A DNA stretch of 30,028 bases from a virus (IMGVR_UViG_3300032225_001688:1-30028); one strand, 5' to 3'; numbered from the stretch's first letter, positions 1 through 9,290 are shown. The notes: a model not told the origin generated them from the sequence alone. Numbers and translations: made by a program.

Positions 1-1
1 C

Positions 2-292
2 GAAATGCAGGCCGCTAGAGTAGGTTTTGCTAGATTTGCAGAGGAATTAAACGGCGGATACCCGGACCCAAATACGGGTCAAGAGATTGATAGACTCTTT
101 AAGATCGTAGGAGAAATTAAGAAGTTAGAGGAGAACAAAGAAGTTCTTCGCATGACTGTGGAGCGTCAAAGCTCCGGGGGAGTCATGTCCGCACTATTCG
201 GAGACCGGGCAAACACTCTTAGAGAGTTGCCCAACAATGGCTTAACTGAGGGAGATGCCAGCAAAATAATTAAGGACCATTTAGAAGGATAG
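2..292 (+). CDS. Hypothetical phage protein, C-terminal part (frame open at the window edge)
   Basis: ORF track 5..292; the frame has no stop back to base 2; no recognised motif. Confidence 0.7.
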   Translation, partial: EMQAARVGFARFAEELNGGYPDPNTGQEIDRLFKIVGEIKKLEENKEVLRMTVERQSSGGVMSALFGDRANTLRELPNNGLTEGDASKIIKDHLEG

Positions 293-333
293 TACCTGAT
301 CACAGTAAGAATATATAAGAAAGAGGATATGTA

Positions 334-2388
334 ATGTTTTCGTTTAAATTAGCAGAAGAATTCGTCAGTAGCTACCGCTCAAAGAAGGTCCCATGGGGCT
401 ATCAAGATGCTGCCGGTAACTCGGTAGGTGAGATTACATTTCTCCGTACATACTCTCGTCTTAAAGAGGACGGAACCAAGGAGACTTGGGTAGATGTATG
501 TGAACGTGTCATTAATGGCATGTACTCCCTACAAAAAGACCATGCCAAGACTCAACGTCTGCCATGGTCAGATTCTAAGGCTGCTTCTTCAGCCAAAGAG
601 GGCTTTGACCGATTATTTAACCTGAAGTGGACCCCACCTGGACGTGGTCTTTGGATGATGGGTACCCCACTTGTTAATATTCAGAAAAACTCTGCAGCAT
701 TGCAGAACTGCTCTTTTGTATCTACAAACGCTATGACTAAGATTGATCCAGCAAAACCATTTGCTTTTCTCATGGAGGCATCTATGCTGGGAGTTGGTGT
801 TGGCTTTGACGATAAGGGAGCAGACAAAGACTTTACTATCCACCCTCGTCAAGAAGGAGAGACTTATGTCATCCCAGATACCAGAGAAGGCTGGGTCGAA
901 AGCACCGCAGCCCTCATCAATAGCTACCTTAAACCAGATACGAAGTGCCCTGTATTTGACTACTCACAAATTCGACCAGCCGGTGTTCCGATTAAAACCT
1001 TTGGCGGAACTGCAGCCGGAGCAGAACCATTAATTAAACTTCATAACCATGTAACTAAGATCTTTGGGAATAGGGCAGGCGAAAAGCTCACACGTCGTGA
1101 CATAGCTGATCTTGGAAACTTGATCGGAGTATGTGTTGTTTCTGGAAACGTACGTCGTTCAGCTGAGCTACTAATTGGTCGCATTGATGACCAAGACTTT
1201 CTGAACTTAAAAAATTCAGAAGCATTCCCAGAACGTAACTCATATGATCCGGCAGCTCCTGGTTGGGGCTGGATGTCTAACAACTCTGTTGAGGTATCAG
1301 TCGGCCAAGACCTTACTCCCATTATTGATGGTATTGCCCGTAATGGTGAGCCTGGAGTTATCTGGATGGATGTAACTCGTAAGTACGGCCGCCTTTCAGA
1401 CCCAGAGAACAATAAGGATTGGCGAGCAGCTGGGTACAACCCATGTGCAGAGCAGTCTTTGGAGTCAATGGAGTGCTGTACTCTCGTAGAGACCTATATC
1501 AATCGTCATGACAGCTTAGATGATTTCAAACGCACCTTAAAATTTGCATATCTTTATGCTAAAACGGTAACTTTGATTCCAACTCATTGGGAGGAGACCA
1601 ACGCTATCATGCAGCGCAATCGCCGTATTGGTACGTCTATCTCCGGTATCGCAAATTTTGCGGATACAAAGGGTCTCCCACTTCTTCGCACATGGATGGA
1701 TGAAGGCTATGCGGTAGTAACTAACTATGACAAGAGTTACTCTGAATGGTTAGGTATTCGTGAATCAATCAAGATGACCACAGTTAAGCCATCCGGCACT
1801 GTATCAATCTTAGCTGGAGAATCACCGGGAGTTCACTGGACTCCAGGAGGTAAACACTTCCTGCGAACAATCCGTTTTGCTAATAATGACCCTATGCTAC
1901 CTTTATTTAAGTTAGCTAACTATCGGATTGAGCCTTCGAGTACCGACCCAGATAATACCTCGGTCGTATACTTCCCAATTAAATCAGAGGCTATGCGTTC
2001 TGAGAAGGACGTATCTATTTACGAGAAGATGGCACTAGCTGCTACTGCTCAACGTTACTGGTCAGATAACTCTGTATCTGTAACCGTATCTTTTAACCCT
2101 AAGACAGAAGCTGAAGCTATTGGTACCGTGTTACACATGTATGACGGCCAATTGAAGACCGTGTCATTCCTTGCTATGGATGATACGCTTTATCCCCAAA
2201 TGCCGTACACACAAAGTACTGCTGAGGAATACGAAGAATCCCGAATGACCTTGTTCCCAATTGATTTGGCCGGGGTATATGAGGGTATGGCATTTGATGC
2301 TGTAGGTGAAGCTTTTTGCAGCACAGACGCTTGTGAGGTAAAAATGATTAAAGATTTAAAACCAGGGGAGACTATCGCATATAACTAG
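334..2388 (+). CDS. nrdJ: Class II (adenosylcobalamin-dependent) ribonucleoside-triphosphate reductase
   Basis: 684 aa with RTYSR, PPGRGLW, ALQNC, GNVRRSAE, NPCAEQ (thiyl-radical Cys), VKPSGT and C-terminal CSTDAC; RBS AGAGGA. Confidence 0.95.
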   Translation: MFSFKLAEEFVSSYRSKKVPWGYQDAAGNSVGEITFLRTYSRLKEDGTKETWVDVCERVINGMYSLQKDHAKTQRLPWSDSKAASSAKEGFDRLFNLKWTPPGRGLWMMGTPLVNIQKNSAALQNCSFVSTNAMTKIDPAKPFAFLMEASMLGVGVGFDDKGADKDFTIHPRQEGETYVIPDTREGWVESTAALINSYLKPDTKCPVFDYSQIRPAGVPIKTFGGTAAGAEPLIKLHNHVTKIFGNRAGEKLTRRDIADLGNLIGVCVVSGNVRRSAELLIGRIDDQDFLNLKNSEAFPERNSYDPAAPGWGWMSNNSVEVSVGQDLTPIIDGIARNGEPGVIWMDVTRKYGRLSDPENNKDWRAAGYNPCAEQSLESMECCTLVETYINRHDSLDDFKRTLKFAYLYAKTVTLIPTHWEETNAIMQRNRRIGTSISGIANFADTKGLPLLRTWMDEGYAVVTNYDKSYSEWLGIRESIKMTTVKPSGTVSILAGESPGVHWTPGGKHFLRTIRFANNDPMLPLFKLANYRIEPSSTDPDNTSVVYFPIKSEAMRSEKDVSIYEKMALAATAQRYWSDNSVSVTVSFNPKTEAEAIGTVLHMYDGQLKTVSFLAMDDTLYPQMPYTQSTAEEYEESRMTLFPIDLAGVYEGMAFDAVGEAFCSTDACEVKMIKDLKPGETIAYN

Positions 2389-2422
2389 ATGGTAACTAAT
2401 CTTTGTGAAACTATGGTAAAGT

Positions 2423-2875
2423 ATGGGTATGAAAACATTAACCACAACCCGTCTTTGCCGCAGTTGCAAAGTAGATAAACCACTAGAAGATTATTATACC
2501 GACTTTCGTGTTAAAGATGGTTGTCGGTCTAAATGCAAAAATTGTCTAACCAATGGTATGCCTCCGGGTCCAGTACCTATGGATCCTCTTACAAGGCATA
2601 CAGTTAATGCAAAGGGGTGCCATATTTGGTCGGGTGCAATTCATCCTTCAGGATATGGAACTGTAAAATGGAAGGGTAAGGCAACGGTAGCCCATAGAGT
2701 TACTTATGAGTTATCTAAAGGAGAAATACCAAAAGGGTCGGTTATAGACCACCTATGTAGTGTAAAACTTTGTGTTAATCCAGAACACTTAGAGGCTGTA
2801 TCATTCTCTGTAAACACGCAGAGAGCGTGGAACCGCCAACACTGCCAAACATGCACATGCACTAATAACGCCTAA
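2423..2875 (+). CDS. HNH endonuclease with N-terminal Cys-rich zinc finger (homing-endonuclease-like)
   Basis: CxxC..CxxCxxC N-terminus; CHIWSG, AHRVTYE, IDHLCSVKLCVNPEHLEAVS..N. Confidence 0.9.
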   Translation: MGMKTLTTTRLCRSCKVDKPLEDYYTDFRVKDGCRSKCKNCLTNGMPPGPVPMDPLTRHTVNAKGCHIWSGAIHPSGYGTVKWKGKATVAHRVTYELSKGEIPKGSVIDHLCSVKLCVNPEHLEAVSFSVNTQRAWNRQHCQTCTCTNNA

Positions 2876-2883
2876 GGAGAAAC

Positions 2884-3030
2884 ATGTCAGACGAACTACA
2901 CCCAGACCTATTTGACGAAGACTTCGAAGAAGACTTTGAGGATGGTTTTGATGAGCTAGACCTCGATGAAGAGGATCTAGAAGAACTCGAAGCAGAGCTT
3001 GCAGATGATGAGCCTGTAGACGAGGCATAA
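2884..3030 (+). CDS. Ultra-acidic 48-aa protein (absent from ORF track)
   Basis: RBS TAAGGAG; MSDELHPDLFDEDFEEDFEDGFDELDLDEEDLEELEAELADDEPVDEA; 27 of 48 residues D/E, no K/R; followed by a terminator. Confidence 0.8.
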   Translation: MSDELHPDLFDEDFEEDFEDGFDELDLDEEDLEELEAELADDEPVDEA

Positions 3031-3050
3031 AAAACGCCAACACAAACATT

Positions 3051-3089
3051 AGGCCCCCCGCTCAATTAAGAGCGAGGGGCCTTTTGCTT
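3051..3089. terminator. Probable bidirectional intrinsic terminator between convergent units
   Basis: GGCCCCCCGCTC-AATTAA-GAGCGAGGGGCC stem, followed by TTTTGCTT on + and a T-rich run on -. Confidence 0.8.
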
Positions 3090-3096
3090 GTCCTAA

Positions 3097-3306
3097 TTAA
3101 CTAGCTAACACACGTCCTGAGCTATCGGTTAACTCAAAGTACTGTGTATCAGAGTCTTCTATATCTTCATAGCTCTCCAACTCATCTGGATATGTCTCGC
3201 CGTCTAACAACTGCTCGTATATATCCTTTGCATGGTCTGCATTATCGGCATCAAATACTAGTGTGCCGCTTTTTTGCATACTAAACATTACTTTGAACTT
3301 AGCCAT
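3097..3306 (-). CDS. Small acidic hypothetical protein
   Basis: 69 aa; RBS GGAGGAG; FDADNADHA resembles the VEADSLQEA motif of 4317..4511. Confidence 0.75.
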   Translation of the reverse strand: MAKFKVMFSMQKSGTLVFDADNADHAKDIYEQLLDGETYPDELESYEDIEDSDTQYFELTDSSGRVLAS

Positions 3307-3441
3307 TTATATATCTCCTCCGCAGCTGCAATGTCCACAACCGCATTGTTTCGTTTCTAGTAGTGATAGTTCTTCATTTTCTTTTACTTCTTTAATAAGA
3401 TCATTTACTGTCTTAAATGGAACTACGGTTTCCATATCCAT
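3307..3441 (-). CDS. 44-aa protein with Cys-rich C-terminus (absent from ORF track)
   Basis: MDMETVVPFK...KQCGCGHCSCGGDI; TAATG-coupled to the upstream gene; stop abuts the next ATG. Confidence 0.65.
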   Translation of the reverse strand: MDMETVVPFKTVNDLIKEVKENEELSLLETKQCGCGHCSCGGDI

Positions 3442-3728
3442 TAGGCCTCCCGCTTGAACGAAACTTCTCCACTGAAGTTTACCGGCTTCTCTTTGGCATC
3501 TAGCTCAGCCCCAGCTACCATCTTTATAGACTTACGTGGAGTTGTTGTTTGTACTACATCTTTAAGCCATCGTTTAGCAGCTGATACATTAGCCCATGCT
3601 GCAGAGTATGAGTCATACGAGGTTTCTATGCCGTCATCATTAAGGGTAACGGTTGCCAGCCATGCTCCACCCTTTGTTTGATTTTTTACGATACGTGCTT
3701 TGAACGTACTGGTTACTTTCTTAGCCAT
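3441..3728 (-). CDS. Hypothetical protein
   Basis: 95 aa; RBS AAGGAG. Confidence 0.8.
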   Translation of the reverse strand: MAKKVTSTFKARIVKNQTKGGAWLATVTLNDDGIETSYDSYSAAWANVSAAKRWLKDVVQTTTPRKSIKMVAGAELDAKEKPVNFSGEVSFKREA

Positions 3729-3738
3729 TTATTTCTCC

Positions 3739-3984
3739 TTATAGATTAATATCTTCGTTGAACCCTACTTGCTTCAGGTCACGTAAGATGTTTTTGCCAG
3801 CTCTTCGGTCCCCTAAGGACTGCGGTCCAAAGAAGACCACTTTCTTTGTCTTGGGGTTAACCACTTTTACGTGGTGTTTACCTGGAGTTATCGTGACCGT
3901 AAGGCCAGCTGTTTCCAGGGCAGAGACAAGTTTCCTTATCTCTTTGGTTTTTATATTAAGTTGTGCGAACAGCATTGTGTTCAT
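3739..3984 (-). CDS. HicA-like (dsRBD-fold) mRNA interferase
   Basis: IRKLVSALETAG..GKHHVKV...GDRRAGKNILRDLKQVGF matches the HicA-like pattern; RBS AAGGAG. Confidence 0.65.
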   Translation of the reverse strand: MNTMLFAQLNIKTKEIRKLVSALETAGLTVTITPGKHHVKVVNPKTKKVVFFGPQSLGDRRAGKNILRDLKQVGFNEDINL

Positions 3985-4047
3985 TTCTCCTTTTTAGTGT
4001 AAACTTGTAGATGTAAGCTCTTAAAGAACAGAGTTCACACCCTCAAG

Positions 4048-4070
4048 GCCCCGGGATTGCGCCCCGGGGC
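4048..4070. terminator. GC-rich hairpin after the stop of 4072..4269 (terminator, attenuator or stabiliser)
   Basis: GCCCCGGG-N7-CCCGGGGC; weak U-tract. Confidence 0.5.
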
Positions 4071-4071
4071 T

Positions 4072-4269
4072 TTACATTTCCTGGATGCTTTCTATATAAG
4101 ATTCTTCTCCAGGTCTATTTATGTGTGCTGTATTGACCCATTCCTTAAGATTTCTATCGTAGACTTTCAAAGACCACTCTCTATTATTTATATCGCTTTG
4201 ATCGTCTATTCTCCATTTCTTAAGCTTGACTCTGAACGTTACACGTAGGTCATATAGATCGTTATCCAT
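4072..4269 (-). CDS. Hypothetical protein
   Basis: 65 aa; RBS AAGGGGG. Confidence 0.7.
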   Translation of the reverse strand: MDNDLYDLRVTFRVKLKKWRIDDQSDINNREWSLKVYDRNLKEWVNTAHINRPGEESYIESIQEM

Positions 4270-4316
4270 TTATCCCCCTTCTCTTATTCCATTCTAGCGG
4301 GATTGTTTGTGTTGGG

Positions 4317-4511
4317 TCAAATCTCTTCGCCGTCCTCGTTGTATACGGATCCGATTTCTGTCCAACCAGCTTGTTTATCTTCCAACCATAGGTGGGACTC
4401 ATCATTGGTTATGGTGTCCTCTGCCCTATCGATAGCTTCTTGTAAGCTGTCTGCTTCCACCATATAGTCATAGATTATATGGTCGTGTATTGTTACTTTA
4501 TACGTTGACAT
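4317..4511 (-). CDS. Small acidic protein (DpnD/PcfM-like V-x-A-x-S-x-x-E-A motif)
   Basis: MSTYKVTI...YMVEADSLQEAIDRA. Confidence 0.7.
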   Translation of the reverse strand: MSTYKVTIHDHIIYDYMVEADSLQEAIDRAEDTITNDESHLWLEDKQAGWTEIGSVYNEDGEEI

Positions 4512-4980
4512 ATCTTAGCTCTCCATTCTCATTGATTACTGTGTTTCCTGCCTCACCGTAACATTCCTCAACTATTTTAGGGTCGAGTTGATCCCGCATT
4601 GTTACAAAGTGTTCAACCGGCCAAGCCATACGGAACACCCTTAGCAATAGTTGTGCTAAGGAATAGTTCTCGTCAAGGCGTAGCGCATAGTTCAATAGGC
4701 TGGTTGATCTCTCTGTATCACCCAGCTCATAGTAGTAAATAGCTTGCAGAGTTACAAATGGCACTAGATCTTCAGCGGGAGCATGCACACACAGATACTG
4801 CATGAACTTGACACCTTCTTCTAATGACCATCTGTTAGGTAAACCCATAAGCCAGTCACGCACTTGTAGGTCTGAGTTAACCGCTAAGATAACTGCTTCT
4901 AACTTCTCACCAGTTAACTCTATGTCATTGTTAAGTGAGTCTGTGATGAACTCACATGCTTGCTTGCGTGTTACTATCAT
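4498..4980 (-). CDS. DUF4192-like protein
   Basis: VRDWLM..HAP...TLQAIYYYELGD...ALRLDENYSLAQLL matches the C-terminal pattern of actinobacterial DUF4192 proteins. Confidence 0.65.
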   Translation of the reverse strand: MIVTRKQACEFITDSLNNDIELTGEKLEAVILAVNSDLQVRDWLMGLPNRWSLEEGVKFMQYLCVHAPAEDLVPFVTLQAIYYYELGDTERSTSLLNYALRLDENYSLAQLLLRVFRMAWPVEHFVTMRDQLDPKIVEECYGEAGNTVINENGELRYVNV

Positions 4981-5438
4981 TTTTTCTCCTTTTTCTCAAC
5001 TGAACGGAATGTACCTTCAGGCGTAGGCCATCGGTATGGTAGATCGTTTGGCACATTAAACCTGTAGTAATCAGGATTTTTGCGCCTTAGATTAGATTTG
5101 TGTGATCGGTGAATCTGTCGTTTACCCCACCACCATGGTTTGGCAAACGATGAGTCGGGGAAGCTATTCTTTTTCCATAACTCAAGCACCTGGGCACGTA
5201 CATTGTCTACAAACCCACGGCTCTCCCACTCATCACATATTGCACAGATATAGTTAGCAAGTGCACCTTCGTGCCCACGCCACATAACTGCTGCTGGGTG
5301 ATTGCGCCATCCTTTAGTTAGACCCAAGTTAGCCCTAAGTATTTGCAACCCTTCCACACGTTGCTTACCTAGTCTCTTATTGTCTAAGGACTTAGCTGTT
5401 TTAACTTCATCTGGCCAAGGTAAGAATGTATTTACCAT
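4977..5438 (-). CDS. Pyrimidine-dimer DNA glycosylase-like protein (MSMEG_6728 family)
   Basis: TFLP..LDNKRLGKQRVE..QIL..GWRNHPAAVMWRG..HRSHKSNLRRKNPDYY. Confidence 0.85.
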   Translation of the reverse strand: MVNTFLPWPDEVKTAKSLDNKRLGKQRVEGLQILRANLGLTKGWRNHPAAVMWRGHEGALANYICAICDEWESRGFVDNVRAQVLELWKKNSFPDSSFAKPWWWGKRQIHRSHKSNLRRKNPDYYRFNVPNDLPYRWPTPEGTFRSVEKKEKK

Positions 5439-5563
5439 AGTTTTGCCTCAGAACATGTTTTGCATACTGTATAGATATACCCATCTGGGTAAGTTACTTC
5501 GTACCCATCATCTGATAGTATATCTTTGCAGTTATAACAAGATATAAGTGCGTGGATTTCCAT
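5432..5563 (-). CDS. 43-aa CxxC..CxxC zinc-finger microprotein (absent from ORF track)
   Basis: MEIHALISCYNCKD...VCKTCSEAKLW; GGAGGACTAATG coupling. Confidence 0.65.
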   Translation of the reverse strand: MEIHALISCYNCKDILSDDGYEVTYPDGYIYTVCKTCSEAKLW

Positions 5564-5646
5564 TAGTCCTCCCCTTGTTCAATGCACTTATGGTTTTCCC
5601 ACAAGCCCACTTTCATTTCATCTCCACACCATGTACATATAGACAT
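5563..5646 (-). CDS. 27-aa CxxC..HxC microprotein (absent from ORF track)
   Basis: MSICTWCGDEMKVGLWENHKCIEQGED; GGAGGACTAATG coupling at both ends. Confidence 0.6.
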   Translation of the reverse strand: MSICTWCGDEMKVGLWENHKCIEQGED

Positions 5647-5807
5647 TAGTCCTCCAATAGCATTGGAATAAGATCCTCTGCATCATACTTAATCAATAGG
5701 TGTTTTACTTTTTCTTTGTTTACCTCATAAAGCTCTTCCTCCCTTTGCTTTAGCATTTCACTTAGCCATGTTGCCGGGTCTTCTTGCCTTAGTCGGTTAT
5801 TTATCAT
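5646..5807 (-). CDS. 53-aa hypothetical protein (absent from ORF track)
   Basis: MINNRLRQED...LIPMLLED; ATGA overlap with the upstream gene. Confidence 0.6.
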   Translation of the reverse strand: MINNRLRQEDPATWLSEMLKQREEELYEVNKEKVKHLLIKYDAEDLIPMLLED

Positions 5808-5995
5808 GCAAATGACGCAAACGTAATTTGGTTATCTTGAGCCCATTCTTCTGGCTCAGAGATAGATTCAATTGTTAAGTTGGCACCACCATCTGAAATG
5901 TCATCTGATGCATACAAAAGCCACATCTGGGCGCTTTCGTAGTCATTAAATGGGCCTATCAAAGTCTCAGTGAGACTATCGTATACTACGTGCAT
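5804..5995 (-). CDS. Hypothetical protein (start moved to MHVVY)
   Basis: RBS AAGGAG precedes ATG 5995; 63 aa. Confidence 0.75.
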   Translation of the reverse strand: MHVVYDSLTETLIGPFNDYESAQMWLLYASDDISDGGANLTIESISEPEEWAQDNQITFASFA

Positions 5996-6020
5996 TTTGT
6001 TCTCCTTTGTTTGTGTTGGG

Positions 6021-7874
6021 TTAGCGTCCACGCTTTTTGATTGCGCTCATTACTACAGACTTAGCAAATGGCAATAAATCTTTAGCTGTTTTAATTCTGC
6101 CAAAGACTTCAGCACCATGTTGCCAAGTTTTTTCATCTGTACCACGTTCTTTGTAAAACTCCATATCTCTATCATTCATGATTAGCGTCATGACTGTAAG
6201 GATTCCACGTTTAGAGATACGTTCAATGATTTCATCATTTTTAGCCACATCAAACTCACCATCGGTAATCATGAACAACATTTTATTCTTCTTACGAGAA
6301 GCCATTAGAAGTTGTTCAGCAGCAAGCAATGTGGAGTATGGATTAGTTCCACCATTGCCATAGATGAATTTGTATTGGGTTCGGTCCGCAAGTTCATTAC
6401 GGCCGTAGGCTAGTTCTGCTTTATCATCGAATGCATAGACTGTAACTGGTGCACCAATTTGTTCTAGCGCACGTTTGATAGTCCAACATGCAACTGATGC
6501 ATGCATATCATTACGTGCACCAGACATAGACCCTGACCTATCTACTAAGATCACAGCCTCTACATCAGCACCATCGCTACCTTCATCCCAACGATCAAAG
6601 GCTTGATCAATCTCACAGCCTCTGACTGCACGTAATACATTGAGCTTGCCACTAGCCTCTTCACGATGCCACATCGGCTCACATTCATCACGTAAGCGTT
6701 CTAGCTCACGTGCGAATTTACGATATAGGACCATTGATTCAGCAGGCACGGAAGTTATATCAAACTTACCTTGCTTCAATACATCATCATGTCTACCATC
6801 TCCACCCACGATAACTTTTTGCTTCGTCTTAACATCCTGCTGAACGTCTTTACGTTCTAGCACTGTCTGGATGGCATCCTCAAGCATTTCCTGGATGTCA
6901 TTTGGTATACCACCAACACTTTCCACATGGCCTGTGCCAGGTTCTGTAGAGTTATGTGGGGTTTGATTTTGCTGTGCCTGCTCTCGTATTGCTAGAGCTT
7001 CTTCAGCGGTTTGTGGTTGCGTTGGGTTGTTTGTGTTGGTGGGTTTACCTAGAGTAGGTTTAGACTGTACGTCTGTAGACTCAGCTTTACCCATACCACC
7101 AGCACGACCGGCATCCTTCTCCTGTGCCTTACCAGGTTCGGGACGACCTTTACCTACAGGGTCACGAGAACTACATCCGTTAGGACCTTGAGGCATTTTA
7201 GGAAGATTTAGATTTCCTAGTACCTCATCGTTCCAACGCTTGATTAGTTCCTGACCTTTAGCATAGTCACGTGGGAATGCCAGCACACGATATTGATCTA
7301 CAATATCTGCGATGACCGGCACGAGTTCAGGTTTAATAAACAGATCCCTGAATGCTTGCCTGATTTCAATCGGTAGATACCTGCGCCCACGCACCAGCAT
7401 ATAGTTACCTATAGCTTCTTCGGGTGTGCTTGATAACCACCGTGCTATTGTTGCTGTTAGATACGGTGCAATAGATGGATACCTAGCAACTAACAAAGTC
7501 TCAATACGTTGGTCTTCCAACATATTTGCAGACTCAAGATAGTCATTCTCAAGTACCCACTTCATGAACGTTGTACCTTTGCGTGGTGTATACAGGTGAT
7601 GAGCAAGCTCGTGATAATTGAGGCCGTTAACCTGAGTTAGCGTCTCAACATCCATCTCGTTAATCTGACTAGCATTAAAGGTAATAGATTGACCATCAGA
7701 CCACGCAGGTGCTGGGCCATCTTCTACTACCTTAATGATTACCGGATCTCCGGAGAGAACACGGTCAGCTTGTTCATACACACGACAGAGAGCGTTGAGT
7801 CTTACAGCACGTAGCTGTGTTTCCTCATTTTTCTCATTCATATACCACGATTCATTTAAGTCTTCTTGGAACAT
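6021..7874 (-). CDS. vWA (MIDAS) domain protein with N-terminal HEXXH region, CobT-like partner of the AAA+ ATPase
   Basis: YHELAHH, NMLEDQRIE, low-complexity linker, VDRSGSM, GGT, ITDG. Confidence 0.9.
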   Translation of the reverse strand: MFQEDLNESWYMNEKNEETQLRAVRLNALCRVYEQADRVLSGDPVIIKVVEDGPAPAWSDGQSITFNASQINEMDVETLTQVNGLNYHELAHHLYTPRKGTTFMKWVLENDYLESANMLEDQRIETLLVARYPSIAPYLTATIARWLSSTPEEAIGNYMLVRGRRYLPIEIRQAFRDLFIKPELVPVIADIVDQYRVLAFPRDYAKGQELIKRWNDEVLGNLNLPKMPQGPNGCSSRDPVGKGRPEPGKAQEKDAGRAGGMGKAESTDVQSKPTLGKPTNTNNPTQPQTAEEALAIREQAQQNQTPHNSTEPGTGHVESVGGIPNDIQEMLEDAIQTVLERKDVQQDVKTKQKVIVGGDGRHDDVLKQGKFDITSVPAESMVLYRKFARELERLRDECEPMWHREEASGKLNVLRAVRGCEIDQAFDRWDEGSDGADVEAVILVDRSGSMSGARNDMHASVACWTIKRALEQIGAPVTVYAFDDKAELAYGRNELADRTQYKFIYGNGGTNPYSTLLAAEQLLMASRKKNKMLFMITDGEFDVAKNDEIIERISKRGILTVMTLIMNDRDMEFYKERGTDEKTWQHGAEVFGRIKTAKDLLPFAKSVVMSAIKKRGR

Positions 7875-7883
7875 GTATCCCCC

Positions 7884-9290
7884 TTAAACTGTGGCTGATT
7901 GTGCTACCCATTGTGCCAACTGCTCATCAATGTTAACGTCTGCTTCCTTTTCAATCTCAACTGGGACTTCAATGCCGAAGTCAGACTTGATATTGTGTTC
8001 GTGTGTTTGGAATACCAAACGCACAGAAGCTTGCTCATCTGCTGAGAAGTGAGCAATAAAGTTCTCAACCGCAAACTCATAGCCAAGATCTTCATCATTG
8101 ATAAAGTCTTCAATTTCCATGAGCATGTTAGTTGAGATTGGTGTTTCATACTGACCCTTGGCTGCTTCAGAACGCAATTGCTTGACTAGAAGAAGCAAGG
8201 ATTTAGATGTGATAAGTTGTGACTCTACGTTGTCATCGTAATCCCATGACAATTGAATGTCAAAGCGATTACGCATAGCAAAGTTGAGTGGGGTTGTACC
8301 GATGTAATCTGGGTTCATGGTTGCAAAGATTGTTAAGTCTTCGTGAGCCACGATTGTTTCACCCATGTGGTCAAGCAGCGTAATGCTACGACGACCATCA
8401 GTGAGTGGATATAGAGTGGTGTAGATTTTAGGACTGATAAAGTTCATCTCGTCCAGCAATAGCACACCACCGTTGCGAACTACGTCAGTGACTGGGCCAT
8501 CAATCCACCCATAGCCACCCATACCATCAGGAATAAAGCCACCAAATAATTGGCGAGATTCCATAGATGCGTTACCAGATACTGTTGCCATACGAAGACC
8601 GCGTTCTGCGGCCCACGCTTCAACAGCTGTAGTCTTACCTGGACCGGTTGGACCATAGATAAGAACATTGATGTGTTTATCACGTGCTTTATCGAAAGTC
8701 TTAAAGTCTTGGACTCCGTAGACCTTGCGATGGATATAACGTTCAGCCAGTTTAATTGGAGGAACTGTTGCCAATGACACGGCAAACGTTGGGGATGCGC
8801 TCTGTTGAACAGGCGCAGCGTCTTCGTTTGTTTGTGTTGGAACAGTAACTACCAATGGAACTGTTGTGCTAGTTGAAGCACGGTTATCTGTTACGTATGT
8901 TTCCAATGAATCATCTCCCATACTAATTTGTTCGTAGAAGTTACAGAGAACATCTACTAGTGGTGTTGTATCTGTTGTTGGCTCAGCCTTAGAATGCTTA
9001 TCGCATGCCTTGGTGCCCAACACTGGAGAGTATCCCTTAGAGGTCATGGCACGATTATCTGCTGGTGTAACGTACACACCTACAGGCATTCGGGTCAATA
9101 TCTCTTCATCTAGGATCTCAGTTGTTAGTTCGTCTAGAGTAGTTTCCTCCCATTTATTTTGGGGGCCCTTTGTTCCATCCGTTAACCTTGAGTACACACG
9201 CACATTACCATCATGTGGTGTAATAAGAACTTGACGACGGTCGCCATCAAGACTCTCACTATATGACTCAGTGAACATTGCTATGTCCAT
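7884..9290 (-). CDS. MoxR/CbbQ/CobS-type AAA+ ATPase with long N-terminal extension
   Basis: Walker A GPTGPGKT, WIDGPV, Walker B LLLDEMN, ATMNP, RNRF; RBS GAAAGG. Confidence 0.92.
   Translation of the reverse strand: MDIAMFTESYSESLDGDRRQVLITPHDGNVRVYSRLTDGTKGPQNKWEETTLDELTTEILDEEILTRMPVGVYVTPADNRAMTSKGYSPVLGTKACDKHSKAEPTTDTTPLVDVLCNFYEQISMGDDSLETYVTDNRASTSTTVPLVVTVPTQTNEDAAPVQQSASPTFAVSLATVPPIKLAERYIHRKVYGVQDFKTFDKARDKHINVLIYGPTGPGKTTAVEAWAAERGLRMATVSGNASMESRQLFGGFIPDGMGGYGWIDGPVTDVVRNGGVLLLDEMNFISPKIYTTLYPLTDGRRSITLLDHMGETIVAHEDLTIFATMNPDYIGTTPLNFAMRNRFDIQLSWDYDDNVESQLITSKSLLLLVKQLRSEAAKGQYETPISTNMLMEIEDFINDEDLGYEFAVENFIAHFSADEQASVRLVFQTHEHNIKSDFGIEVPVEIEKEADVNIDEQLAQWVAQSATV

Noticed and set aside
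613-1439. ORFs overlapping nrdJ, and similar shadow ORFs inside the vWA, AAA, hsp20, 732-aa and terL genes
   Set aside because: Antisense or off-frame shadows of well-supported genes, with no RBS or motifs
334-2875. Intron or intein in the RNR linked to the adjacent HNH
   Set aside because: The RNR is continuous, of normal length and has all motifs; the HNH is free-standing
2801-3065. Minus-strand ORFs, including a Ser-rich 67-aa ORF
   Set aside because: Mirror image of the Asp/Glu codons of the + strand acidic peptide, which has the RBS
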